Source: Cyanophora paradoxa CCMP329 (Eukaryota; Plantae; Glaucophyta). Taken from it: DNA of 64,000 bases. Shown one piece after another: positions 1 through 10,824 of this stretch; position 1 is the first letter of the stretch; the number at the start of each line of letters is the position of its first letter. The stretch is from NCBI GenBank assembly GCA_004431415.1, contig QPMI01000017.1, positions 496,001-560,000 on the forward strand, read 5' to 3'. Both the position numbers and the translations under genes were made by a program. A model generated the notes under the pieces. The model was given only the letters and a program-made list of their open reading frames with translations, ran no database searches and was not told the origin of the DNA.

Positions 1-2295
1 AGGAATGGGAGGAGAAGCGGGTGCGGGAGGGCCGCCTCACGCCGCCGCCGGCGAGCGAGTGACGCGGGGGCGGCAGAGGGAGCGGGACCTGCAGAAGGCG
101 AAGGAGGCGGAGGAGGAGCAGATCCGGCGGCAGATCCTCGCCCAGGAGAAGTACGAGCAGGAGCGCAAGGAGGCCGAGAAGCGGCGCGCCGAGGAGGAGC
201 GCCGGCGCCGCGAGGCGCGCAAAGCCGAGGAGGAGAAGGCGCGGGCGGCCGACGAGGCGAAGCGCAAGGCGGAGGCGGCGGCGCTGGCGCAGCGGCGGGA
301 GGCGGAGGCGCGGCGGCGGGAGATGGAGGAGAAGGAGGAGCGGCGGCGGCAGGCGATCGAGGCGGCGAAGCAGAGGCGGGCGGCGGAGGCGGGGGAGAAG
401 CGGGCGGAGGCCGAGGCGCGGCTCTTCGACGTGAAGGCGGCGGTGGACGAGACGCTGCGCTCGCAGCGGGAGGCGATCGAGCGGAAGCAGGCGGAGATGG
501 AGTGGCGGCGGCAGCAGCAGGAGGCGGCGCGGCGCCTCGAGTCGGAGGAGCGGCGCAAGGCGAGCGACAAGTCGCGGCAGGTGGAGGAGGCCGTCGCGCG
601 CGCCGCGGAGCTCGAGCGGGAGCGCAAGGCGGAGCTGGTGGCGCGGGAGCAGAAGACGCACGAGCGGCTGCGGCAGCTCGCCGTCGAGAAGGAGGCCGAG
701 GCTCGGGCCCAGCGGCGCGACCTCGAGGCGAAGGAGCGGCAGCGGCGGGAGAAGCTCGAGGCGGCGAAGCGGCGCGAGGCGGAGCGCAAGGCGACGATCG
801 TGCGGGCGATCGAGGAGGTAGAGGGCGTGCTTGACAAGGCGCGCCTGCAGCAGCGCAAGTCGGCCGAGTTCCGCACGGAGGACCGGCGCCTCCGCATGAT
901 CGAGAAGGCGGAGAACGTGGAGCGCATGAAGCGCATCGAGGCGTACAAGCGGGAGAAGGCGCTCGAGAAGATCCGGCGGGAGGAGGAGCGGGTGGCGGCG
1001 CTGCGGGAGAAGCAGGCGGAGATGCTGAACCAGCGGAAGCGCTTCCGGGAGGCGAACGCGCTGATCCGGCAGCAGCTGACGGAGGCCGTCGAGAAGCTGC
1101 GCGCCAACAAGAAGCTCGAGAACGCCCCCGAGGAGCTCGCCAAGGTCCTCGCCGTCGCCCGCCGCGGGCCCGACTCGCCGCGCTCCTCCTCCGCCTCCCC
1201 CTCCGCCTCGCCCCCGCCCCGCCCCGCCACCGCCTCCTCCGCCGCCCCGGGCCCCTCCTCCTCCTCCTCCGCCCCCGCGACATCCGTCGCCTCCGCCCCG
1301 CCCACCGCTCCCGCGCCCGGCGGGAAGCCGCGGCGGCCGCTCATCCCGGAGGATGCGGAGGAGGAGGGGGAGCCGGCGGCGGCGGCCGAGCGGGCGCAGT
1401 CGCCCCCGCGGCGCAGCCAGAGCGACCCGGCGCTGCGGTCCCCGGCGGGCGGCCCCGGGGCCTCCTCGGGGGCAGCCTCCATGCGGGGGCCCCGGCCCCG
1501 GCCCGAGGAGGCGACCCCGGCCTCGCCCCGGGACCCGCGCCTGCTCCAGGCGGGGGGCGGCAGCCCCGGGCCGAGCCCCAAGCGGGAGCCCGTCCGCCGC
1601 TACGGCTCCGGCTCGCAGGCCCCGCAGGCGACGGGCCCGGGGGCCGGAGACGGGCCCACCCTCAACCCCTTCTTCACGCAGCGGAAGCCCCTCGAGAAGG
1701 CGAGCGGCCCGGCCCCGCGCCCTCCCTCGGGGCTGGCCGGCCTGAGGCGGGGCGCGCAGCTCGGGGTGCACAGGATGCCGCGGCGGGCGGGGCGGCGGGG
1801 CCACGCAGGCGGGGCCGACGGGGGCGACGGCGGGCTCGGGGGCATCCAGGGCGCGGTGCGCGGGGTCCGGGCGGCGGGGCGGGCTCCGCTGACGGGCGGG
1901 CAGGCGCGGGCGTACCTGGCGAGCACGGGGGCGGTGGGGAGCGGGCTCTTCGGGGGGCGCAAGGTGGACCTGGACACGCGGATACGGAACCAGATCGAGG
2001 AGACGCGGCGGCTGCAGAACGAGCAGCTGCTGGCGCTGCTGGAGGAGGAGCAGGCAGCCGAGACCGAGCGCGAGATGATGCTCGCCAGGTGCCCCGCCCC
2101 GCCCCCGCCCCCGCCCCCGCTCCCCAGGGCGCCGGGCGAGCGGGTGCGGGGCGGGGCAGCGTGCGGGACCCGGCGGAGCGGCGGCGGCTGGAGCGGATCT
2201 TCGGGGTGGAGCGGGCGCAGGCGTCGGAGCGGATCATCAGCACGACGATCGCCCACGAGCGCCTCCTCCAGGAGAAGCTCGACCTCCTCAAGTAG
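1..2295 (+). CDS. Long coiled-coil (E/R/K/A-rich) protein of unknown function; 5' end probably outside the window; multi-exon
   Basis: Strong GAG/AAG/CGG codon bias in the frame of ORF 5..2380. Short introns at 21-76 (GT-AG), 1700-1759 (GC-AG) and 2089-2159. The last exon reads VRDPAERRRLERIFGVERAQASERII...DLLK, stop TAG 2293-2295. Confidence 0.75.
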
Positions 2296-2936
2296 GCGGG
2301 GCGGGCCGCGGGGCGGCAGGGGCCCGCGCCCCCGAGCGCTCGAGACGCCGGCGCCCCTTGCGTGCATGAGCCTGCCATAAGCCTGACATGAGGACTGTGT
2401 GTTCCTTAATAGGGGCCCTCGACGGCCCCTCGTTCATGAGACTCTATCAAGACTATGATCACACAATTGACACTTATGAGTACCACTGTACCACTGTACC
2501 ACTGCAGAGGCTCACAATGGGCCCGACTCAAGCCCCCTTTTTTTCCATAGAGGTGAATGGCTTTTCGCGCTGCGGCGGGGCGCGAAGACGGACACTCGCG
2601 CGGAGGGAGCACACGACGGAGGCTCACGGAGCTCGAGCAGCGCCAGCGCACGAAGGTGCAAACGTGGCTCCTAGGCCTAGGCTTGCAGACTAAGCTTCTA
2701 GGCTTGCAACTTTTGCGCGTCGATTTCGGGATCATCAGGCGAAAGCCCCGCGCACACGCGAGCGAGCGCGCGCTGGTGTGGACGCCAGCTCAGCGGCTTT
2801 CGTCAGATATCCGAGAGCACGCCGCAGCTCGGCCAGCGCGTCCGCGCGCGCTATGAGAACGAGCTCCGGCTGACCAGGCCACAACTGCGCGCGCGCGCGC
2901 TGTCGGAAGGTACACGCTCCAGATCCAGCCGGTTCG

Positions 2937-5900
2937 ATGGCGACCACGCAATCCATCCCGGCCGCGGCGCCCGCACGGAAGGCGGCCGCGGCTGCTGGCG
3001 CGGGCGCTAGTGGCCGGCGGCTCAGCTGGAGCGGGCCAGCGCTAGCGCTCGTGCGGTCGGCATCGGTCAAAGTGGAGGCGGCGCGCCCCGACAAGGAGCC
3101 GAAGACGCCGACGCTGAGCCTCCTGAATGCGGTGGAGCGGCAGCAGCGGCGGCACCGGCGCGCCTCGCTGGCGCTCGGGAGCCTCGGGGCGCGGGCGGCG
3201 GCGGTCCGCGGCGGGCGCCCCGAGCTGCTCGACGAGCTCCGCGGATTCTACAAGGCCGAGGGCGTCGAGGAGGCCGCCCCCTGGCTCTACACCGACAAGG
3301 CGCTGCCCACCCCGCGCGCGCCCGGGCCTGGGCTGAAACCGCCCCTCGGGCGCAGGCGCTCCTGGAGCGGGAGTCGCTGCGCTTCGCGCCGCGCGTCGTC
3401 CTTTGGAGCGTCATCTTCTGGCGCGTCATCGACTCGAACAACGACAACGTGCGCCCGCCCGCCCGCCCGCCCGCCTCCGATCGATATCGAAGCGTTCGCG
3501 AGACGGTCCGTCGCGCGTCGCCAGACGCTGAGGCGGAACGAGTACCTCCCCTGGCTGGAAGTACTGTACCGGGGCCTCCACGAGGAGTGGGACGCCGCCA
3601 AGGCCGCCGCCGCCTGCGAGCAGGACTGGCGCGCCCCGAACCCCGCGCCCTCCCCCACCCCTCCCCCCTTCTCCGAATCCGAGCCGCGCCGCAGGGAGAT
3701 GGACCGGCGGGGGAAGCCCTACGTGCGGGGGGAGACCTTCTTCCTCTCCGTCTTCCAGCTCGCGGTGCCCCCTTTTTCCCCCGGCCGCGCCCCTCGGGCC
3801 GCCCCGCCTCACGCGTACCCCCAGGACACGTGGACGGAGGGGATCGACGCGGAGGAGATGGACCTCTTCCTCGAGGTACCCCCTGCGCTCCAACCCCCCC
3901 CCCCCTATCCCCCGCGTCCTCCCTTGGCCAGCTCCTTAGTTCTGGCGGTTAGCTTCGGCTCCTCGAGCTGCAGGGCAGCACCGCGCCGCCCGAGCCCGTC
4001 GGACGAGATGCCGAGCCGCGTGCCCCGCCCCGCCAACACCGGCGCGCGCCCCCTCGCGCAGGTTGTCTTCGCGGTGGTCACTCGCTGGGACCCCGCCCGT
4101 GGCTCCTTCGCCCTCCGGCCCCTCCACGGTGCCCGCCCTCCAGCTGGACCCCCTCTTTCGCTGAGGCCGGCCGGGCCCGGTCGGGCCCTGCGCAGAGGTC
4201 GAGCCGGGCGAGTGCCTGCGCGCGCTGGAGGCGGCCCGCGCCGCCGGCCGCGCGGGCGCCGCCGCGTCGGGCGCCGCGTGCCCGGGGCGCGCCCCGCCCT
4301 CCGCGGCCCGGTGCGCCCCGCGCCGCTCCCCGTCCCCGCGGCTCCGCTGAGGCGCGCCGGCGGGCGCTCGCGCAGGGGCTCGAGGCCCTGGGCTTTCTGC
4401 AGGGCGGCCCGGGCCCCTCCGGGGGGCGCCGGCGTCGGCGGGGGCCGGCGACTCTTCCGAGGATCCCGAGGAGGAGGAGGAGGAGGAGGAGGAGGAGGAG
4501 GAGGAGGAGGAGGAGGAGGAGGGGGACGAGGGCGAGGGGGCGGGGGAGGGCGAGTGGGGCGCGGGCGGGAGGGGCCGGCGCGGTGGGAGGAGCGGCTGAC
4601 GGCCCCCGAGGCGGCCCAGGCGATGCTGGAGGGCGCCCGCGAGGCCGCCCGTCGACTGCGCGGCAGAGCCGCCGGCGGCGGAGGAGGAGGAGGGGCGGGG
4701 GCGGGGCGGCAGGAGACGGCGAGGGCGCCGGCGGGCGGACCGCGCGGGGCGGCGGCGAAGGCGAGGGCGGCGGCGGCGTCCCGCGCGGTCCGCCCGCCGG
4801 CGGGGCGCGGAGCCTGCGCGGCAGCGTGGGGTTCTCGGGCTGCTGGGGGACGGCGGCGACTCCCGGCGCGGCGGGGGCGGCGGCGGGGGCGGCGGAGCGG
4901 AGTGGAGCGGCCCGGAGGGCGGTGGCGGCGAGGCCGGGGCGGGCGGCGGGGGCGCATCGCGGTCTCTGCCGCGCTCGGAGAGCATGCGGCGGGCGGCGGG
5001 GCGCGAGGGCGGCGGAGCGGGCTCGGGCTCGCGGCGGCGCTCGCAGCTGGCCTCCCTGGGCGACCCTGAGGCGGCGGGGGGCGCCCTGGGCCGCCGCAGC
5101 AGGAGCCACGGCCAGCTCCCAGACGGCGCCGGCTCCTTCCGGGGGCACCAGCAGGCCCGGACCGGCGCCAGGGCCGCGGGGGCCGGGGCCGCGGGGGCCG
5201 GGGGGGGAGAAGGGGACCGTTCGCCCACCTCGGCGGCCTCGAGCGAGGGGTCCGAGTGGTCCCTCTTCTGGGGGATGATGCGGGGCGGGCCCGGGGGCGG
5301 GGCCCAGGGCGGCCCCGACCCCGCCTCGGCGCGCCGCTACACCCTGCACCCCGTCGAGAGCAAGCCCCCGACCGAACCGACGGTGACTTCCTTTCACACG
5401 TAGTCTCGCACGCCCCTTTAACCTCCGCTCCTCTTCCCTCGAGCGCAGATCGCGCCGGACTTCTACGAGAGGCTCTGCTCGAAGCTGCGCGCCTCGTCGC
5501 TGCGGCGCCGCGCCTCGGCGCTCACGGACGACCCCGCGAGCTCCACGGACGGCGAGGCCTCCCCGCGCGGCCCCGGCCCCGGCTCCGCCCCCTCCTCCTC
5601 CTCCGCGCTCCTCTCCTCCTCGCCCTCCCTCCCCGCCCCCAACAGCGGCCGCGCGTCCGTCAGCTTCCGCGGGGCCTCCGCCTCCGCCGCCGCCGCCGCC
5701 GGGGCCCGCGCGGGGGGCGAGGCGGGGGCGGACTACGAGATGGAGCTGGCGCTGAGGGAGGTCGCGGCGCTGATGCCGGGCGCCGCCGGCCGCCTCCCGC
5801 GCTCCCGCTCCCGCTCTTCCCTGCGGGGCAACAGCCCGAGCCCGAGCGCCAGCCAGTCCCCGCGGAGCTCGCTGCGCCGCTCCATCGGGAGCAGCGGGAG

Positions 5901-6978
5901 CCTGCGGGGCAGCCTGCAGGCGGCCCGCGAGCTCGCCGGGGAGCTCTACGGCGCCCGCCCGCCCCCGCACCCCGAGCTCGCGGCGCCGGGGCCGGCCGGG
6001 GGCGAGGCCTCGGCCTCAGAGCCCGAGGCCTCCCCCGCCGCCTCGCCCACCGCCGCCTCGCCCACCGCCGCCTCCTCCTCCGGGGCCTCGCTGCAGGGCG
6101 GCGGGCGCGGCGGGCGCCGCTCGGCGCGCCCGAGCTTCGCGGGGCGGCCTCGGCCTCGCCCTCGGGGGCCCTCGCCGCCGCCCTCGCCCTCCTCGAGAGG
6201 GACTCCGCCGCCCCCGCGCCGGCCTCGCATCCGGCCTCGCCGGCCGCGGGGAGCCTCACGGGCCTCGCGGCCGCCCTCTCGCCCGGCCCGGGGGACCTCC
6301 CGACCCGACCCCCGAACCCCGCGCCGAGAGCCCCGTGGGCCCGCGGGCCCCGCCCCGGGGCCTCCCGGTCCCCGCCGCTCGTCCCCGCTCCAGCCCCCGC
6401 GCCGCTGCGCCCCGCCGGCTTCGCCTCGCTGCGTTTTTCCGAGGCGCCGGCGCCGCCCTCGCCTTCGGGCCTGTCCATAGGTCCTGAGGTACGGGCCCTT
6501 GGCGGCCGCTCCAGCCCCGCCCCCGCCCCCGCCCCGCCCGCGGCCGCGCCGGCTCCCCCTCGCCCCTGCCCGCCGCCCGCGCCCCTCCGCCCCGCGCTCG
6601 GGGGTCCTCTCGAGCTCCGACGAGAGCGCGGGGGCAGGCCTGGGCCCCGGCCTGCGCCCGCCGGCGTCGGCCCCGCCCCTCGCGCCGGCGCCGGGCCCCG
6701 CCCTCCGCCGCTCCCTCTCGCCTGCGCCCAGCGCCCCCGGCAGCTTCGGCCTCGGCGCCGGCGGCGGCGGCGGCTTCTCGTCCCTCGCGTCGGCGTCGGA
6801 GTCGGGGCGGCCCGCGGGGGCCGCCGGGCGCCTCGTCGCCCTTCGCGCGGCACGCCTCCCCGCAGCGCGCCCCGCGCAGCGTCTCCCCGCTCCCGCCCTC
6901 CCCCCCATCGCCCTCCCCCCCGTCCCCGCAGCCGCCGCCACCGCCACGGCCCTCTACTTGTATCCCAAGTTCTCCTAG
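2937..6978 (+). CDS. Multi-exon protein with an N-terminal EF-hand-like helical domain and a long low-complexity tail
   Basis: Spliced exons read IFWRVIDSNNDN|TLRRNEYLPWL...EQDW|EMDRRGK...FFLSVFQLA|DTWTEGIDAEEMDLFLE. A poly-Glu tract and Ser/Ala/Pro-rich exons follow, ending LYLYPKFS* at 6978. The exon structure of the tail is uncertain. Confidence 0.55.
4468..4521 (+). repeat. (GAG)18 trinucleotide microsatellite, most likely coding poly-Glu
   Basis: Perfect GAG run following GAC TCT TCC GAG GAT CCC (DSSEDP). Confidence 0.9.
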
Positions 6979-7916
6979 GCCCCATTGCCGGCCTTCTTTC
7001 CGTTTTCGCAGGCTTCAATATGCCGCTTTTTGTTTGTGTTGCCTTCAGCTAGCGTTACCGGTTCTTGGGTAGCCACCTCGCAATTGTTTTGCTGTCGCCA
7101 CTTCTAGATCTTCAAGCCGTTTCAACTTTTTGGATGCAGTATTTGCCGCTCAGCGGCTTTCAAGGCATATGCATTTTTTAGATATCGCCGAGTCGATTGA
7201 CTTATGAGCAGTGTGATTGAGAGTAGAATAGGCTGGACGTCCATGCCAGCTGATGGTCATATTCGACGGTCCATGGAGGGCCCAACTCGAGCTCTAGATA
7301 TAGCTCTAGATATAGATCATCACTGCGGATCATTGGATCTAGATCGATATCTGATCATGATCATGAGAGACCTTGCTGCAGCCTGGCAGCTGATCATGAG
7401 CTGCAGGCTCAGCGGCTCAGCGGCTGCTGACAGCCACGCGTACGACTCAGTGAGGCATCGTACTACGGTAGCACAGCGGCACGCATATGCGTATACGTAT
7501 GGGCGCCGGCCTCATACAGGGCCCGGGACCCGGGACTCCGGGACTCGGGAAGCGGGGCAATATAACGGCATGCGCAATTTGCGGCACAGCCTTGAAGCAT
7601 TTTAATATATAATATAAAGCTAGATCTTAGCTTATTGTGAGCCTTCAAGCCTTGATCATCGGATCATCATGCCATGAACTTGAACACTTCATGCATCATG
7701 GCATATGCATGCGCGTCTCAATGGCCTGAAGGATTTCGATTTCTGTAGCATAACTGACTAGCCTAGTAGATCAAGGCTACTTAGCATGGGCCGGCTAGCG
7801 CTACGCACGGGCCTGCTTGCGCCTTAGCTACGTCTACGAGAATCGACGTGAGTGGCGCAGCCTTGCGAGGCCCGGGATGGGCCCAGCAAGGGGAAAGGAA
7901 CAGCAGTCGGGCCGCC

Positions 7917-10497
7917 TCATATCTGGATCTCTGACGACATCTGAGGACAGGGGTCAGGTGAGGGAAGGGTGCGAGGGATAGGAATGCGCGTGCGCACGAA
8001 GTTCTCCACCTCGGCCTCGAGAGGGGGGTACCCGTCGGGGCGGAGGGCGGCGGGCCCCTCGAGGCGGCCCTCCTCCCCCTCGGAGGCGTCGGTACCCCCC
8101 GCGGCCTCCAGCTCCCCGTCCTCCTCGGAGCCGCCGCCGGGTACGCCGTCGGCGGCCTCGGCGGCGTAGGGCACGAGGGCGTCGAGGCGGCCCGCGGCGG
8201 GGACGCCCGAGAAGGGGGGCGGGGGCGGCGGGGGCGGGGGAGGGGGCGCGGGGGCGGCGGCGAGGGCGGAGAGGGCGGCCCAGTGGTAGAGGGAGTCCGG
8301 GTGGATGTCCGAGAGGGGCGGCGGGGGCGGCAGCGCCGGCGTCGGGAACTGGACGGGGGCCGGGGCGGGGGCGGGGCGGGGCGGGGGCCGGGGGCGGGGC
8401 GGACGTGGAAGGGGGTACCAGCGACGCCGATGATGGTAAGGGAAGCTTGAGAGGCACGGAGGAGGAGGGGGAGGAGAAGGGGAGGGAGGGGCGGGGCCGG
8501 GCGGAGGGCGAGGGCGGGCTTGGAGGGGCGGGGACGGCAGGGGCAGGGGCAGGGGCGGGGGCGGGCTTGGAGGGGCCGGGGGCGGGGGCGGGGGCAGGGG
8601 CGGGGTCCCCCTCCCCATCGTCGGCGACGTCGTCGATGACGTCATCGTCGCCGTCGCCGTCGTCGGCCCCCCCTTTTTCGGGGGCCGGCTTGGAAGGCTT
8701 GGCCGGCTTGGCGGGGGCCGGCTTGGCGGGGGCCGGCTTGGCGGGGGCCGTCGGCTTGGCGGGGGCGGGCGGGGCGGGGGGGTACAGGCCGGCGGCGAAG
8801 GCGAGGACCTTGCTGGCGGGTGTGGATCCGGAGGCGGAGGGGGCGGGCGCGGGGGCGCAGGCCGCGTGCCCGTCGCGGGCGGCGATAACAGCCTTGACCG
8901 CCTTCACGCCCCCCGGGGACTTGAGGAGGCCCAGCAGCGCCTCCGCAAGGTCCGGGGCCGGCCCCGAGGAGGAGGAGGAGGAGGGGGCCGCCGCCGCCGG
9001 GCACGCCGCCGGCTTGGGCGGGGCGGGGCAGGCGGCCGCCTCCGCCGCCTCCGCGAGGCGGGCGAGGAGGGCGGCGGGGCCGGCCTCGCCGCCGGCGCCG
9101 GCGCCGCCGCAGTGGCCGGCGGCGCAGAGGGCCGCTGCGCGCCCCGCCTCCTCGGCGAGCGACGCGGCGTCATCGCGCCCCGCGCGCCCGCCGGCCTCGC
9201 GCGCCGCGTCCACGGCGCCCATGGCGACGGCGGCGCCGGCCTCGCCGAAGCCGGCGCCGGAGAGCAGCAGCTTGGCCACGGCGGGGCGCAGGCCTGCGAG
9301 GCCCTTGAGCGCCCGCCCCGCCGCCTCGCCGAGGGGCGACCCGGCCCCGCGCGCCGCCGCCCGCGCCCCGCGCGCCGCCGCCGCCGCCTCCTGCTCGGCC
9401 TCCGCCCGGGCCTCGTCGCGCGAGGGCGGGGCGTCGGGGTACTCGGCGGCGAGGCGCTCGTCCCAGAGGCGGTCGATGATCTGGCGCACGTCGGGCGCCG
9501 TGCACTCCTCGTGCCGCTCCGCCCGCTGCTCCGCCAGCGCCTCCTTCACCGCCGCGCTCACACGCTCCTCGAACGCCGCCTTCTTCATCCACTCCGCCGC
9601 CTCGTGCGCCGCCGCCGCCGCCGCCTTCCCCGCCGCCGCCGCCGCCGCCTTCGCCTTCGCCTTCGCGCTAGCCTTGCCGCCGCCGCTGCCGCCCATCAGA
9701 AAGTCCACCTCGCTCGTCGCCGCGTGCTTCCCGTGGGCAGCGTGCGCATTGCCGCCCGCTTTGCTGTGCGCCGCGTGATGCGCGTGGTTCGCGTGGGCCT
9801 TGCCGCCCGCTTTGCTGTGCGCTGCGTGATGCGCGTGCTTCGCGTGGGCACCGCCGCCCGGTTTGCTGTGCGCTGCGTGATGCGCGTGGTTCGCGTGGGC
9901 ACCGCCGCCCGGTTTGCTGTGCGCCGCGTGATGCGCGTGGTTCGCGTGGGCCTTGCCGCCCGCTTCGCTGTGCGCCGCATGATGCGCGTGCTTCGCGTGG
10001 GCACTGCCGCCGTGCTTGGAGCTCGAGGCTGCCTTGGAGGCCCCGTGCTTCTCGCCGCCGCCCCGCCGCTCGCCGCGCGACGAGCCGCCGCCTCGCTCCT
10101 CCTCCCCGCCGCCGTCCTGCGGGGCCTCCTGCTGCCCGTCGTCCTGCCCGCTAGACTGCTGCTCGTCCTGTTGCCGCTCGTCCCGCCCACCGCGCTGCTG
10201 CTGCTGCTGCTGCTCGTCCGGGTCCTGCCAGCCGTCGCCGCTGCCGCCCTGGTCCGCCTGATCGGATTGCCCACCGCTCTGGTCGTTCTCGTTCGCTTGC
10301 GAGTCGTTGGCAGCCCCGTCGTTCGCGTCCTGCCCGCCTTGCTCATTGCCTCCGTCGTTACCGGAATCGCCGCGGTCGTCCTGGCCTGCTCGAAGGTTTC
10401 GGATTAGTGGCGAAAAGACTCGGCGAGGATCTGGCGGCTGCGCACCGCGTCGGGACGGGGAGCTGCTGCGCCGCCTGCCCCCGCCGCCGCGCGCCAT
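7917..10497 (-). CDS. Low-complexity protein with an acidic Q/D/G-rich N-terminus, His-Ala tandem repeats and a Pro/Ala/Lys-rich C-terminus
   Basis: ORF 7954..10497 with an in-frame 60-nt intron near the start (gtgcgc...CTAAT...cag). Terminal exon after an intron: AEVENF|MSSEIQI* at 7917. Confidence 0.6.
9720..10011 (-). repeat. 51-bp coding tandem repeat, 5 full copies plus a partial copy; unit GG(K/G/S)AHA(N/K)HAHHAAHS(K/E)(A/P)
   Basis: Periodicity is visible directly (gccgcccgctttgctgtgc recurs 51 nt apart). The translation gives 17-aa His-rich units. Confidence 0.95.
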
Positions 10498-10824
10498 GCT
10501 CGCTGGTTAAAGCTGGGGAAAGCTGACCCAGCGAGCACTTTCCACCGGCAAACTCTGCTGCCTGAGCGAGTTAGGCGGAGAGGTAGCTCTGGCGAGGGGT
10601 ACGCGTCGCTCCACAGTCCTGTACCCGGGCGCGGCTAGCAAATTCAGCAAAGCGCGGCCTGTTCGCTGACGCAGCGACCTCGCCAGCATTTCGAACTCAC
10701 GGCGCAACGAACTCGCCCTCTGGCGCATGCTTATCTAGCTATAGCTAAGCGCCCAGCCGCATGCCGCGGGTCGCCGAGCTCCGGTCGAGGGTGACCGGGA
10801 CGAGGCAAGGGTCTCCGGAGGAGA

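Noticed and set aside
2388-2856. Short ORFs between the first two genes, including one starting MAF
   Set aside because: No codon bias, splice pattern or recognisable domain; likely UTR or promoter sequence.
4468-4521. Poly-Gly tract in ORF 2937..5069
   Set aside because: The ORF has run through introns into the wrong frame; the context favours DSSEDP followed by poly-Glu.
37-7052. Many long antisense and alternative-frame ORFs rich in Arg/Pro/Gly/Ala, here and throughout the window
   Set aside because: They are shadows of GC-rich coding sequence, where stop codons are rare. They show no domain motifs, and the codon bias supports the spliced frames instead.
9720-10011. Regularly spaced repeats resembling a CRISPR array
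   Set aside because: They are contiguous in-frame 51-bp coding units with no unique spacers and no cas genes, in a eukaryotic locus.
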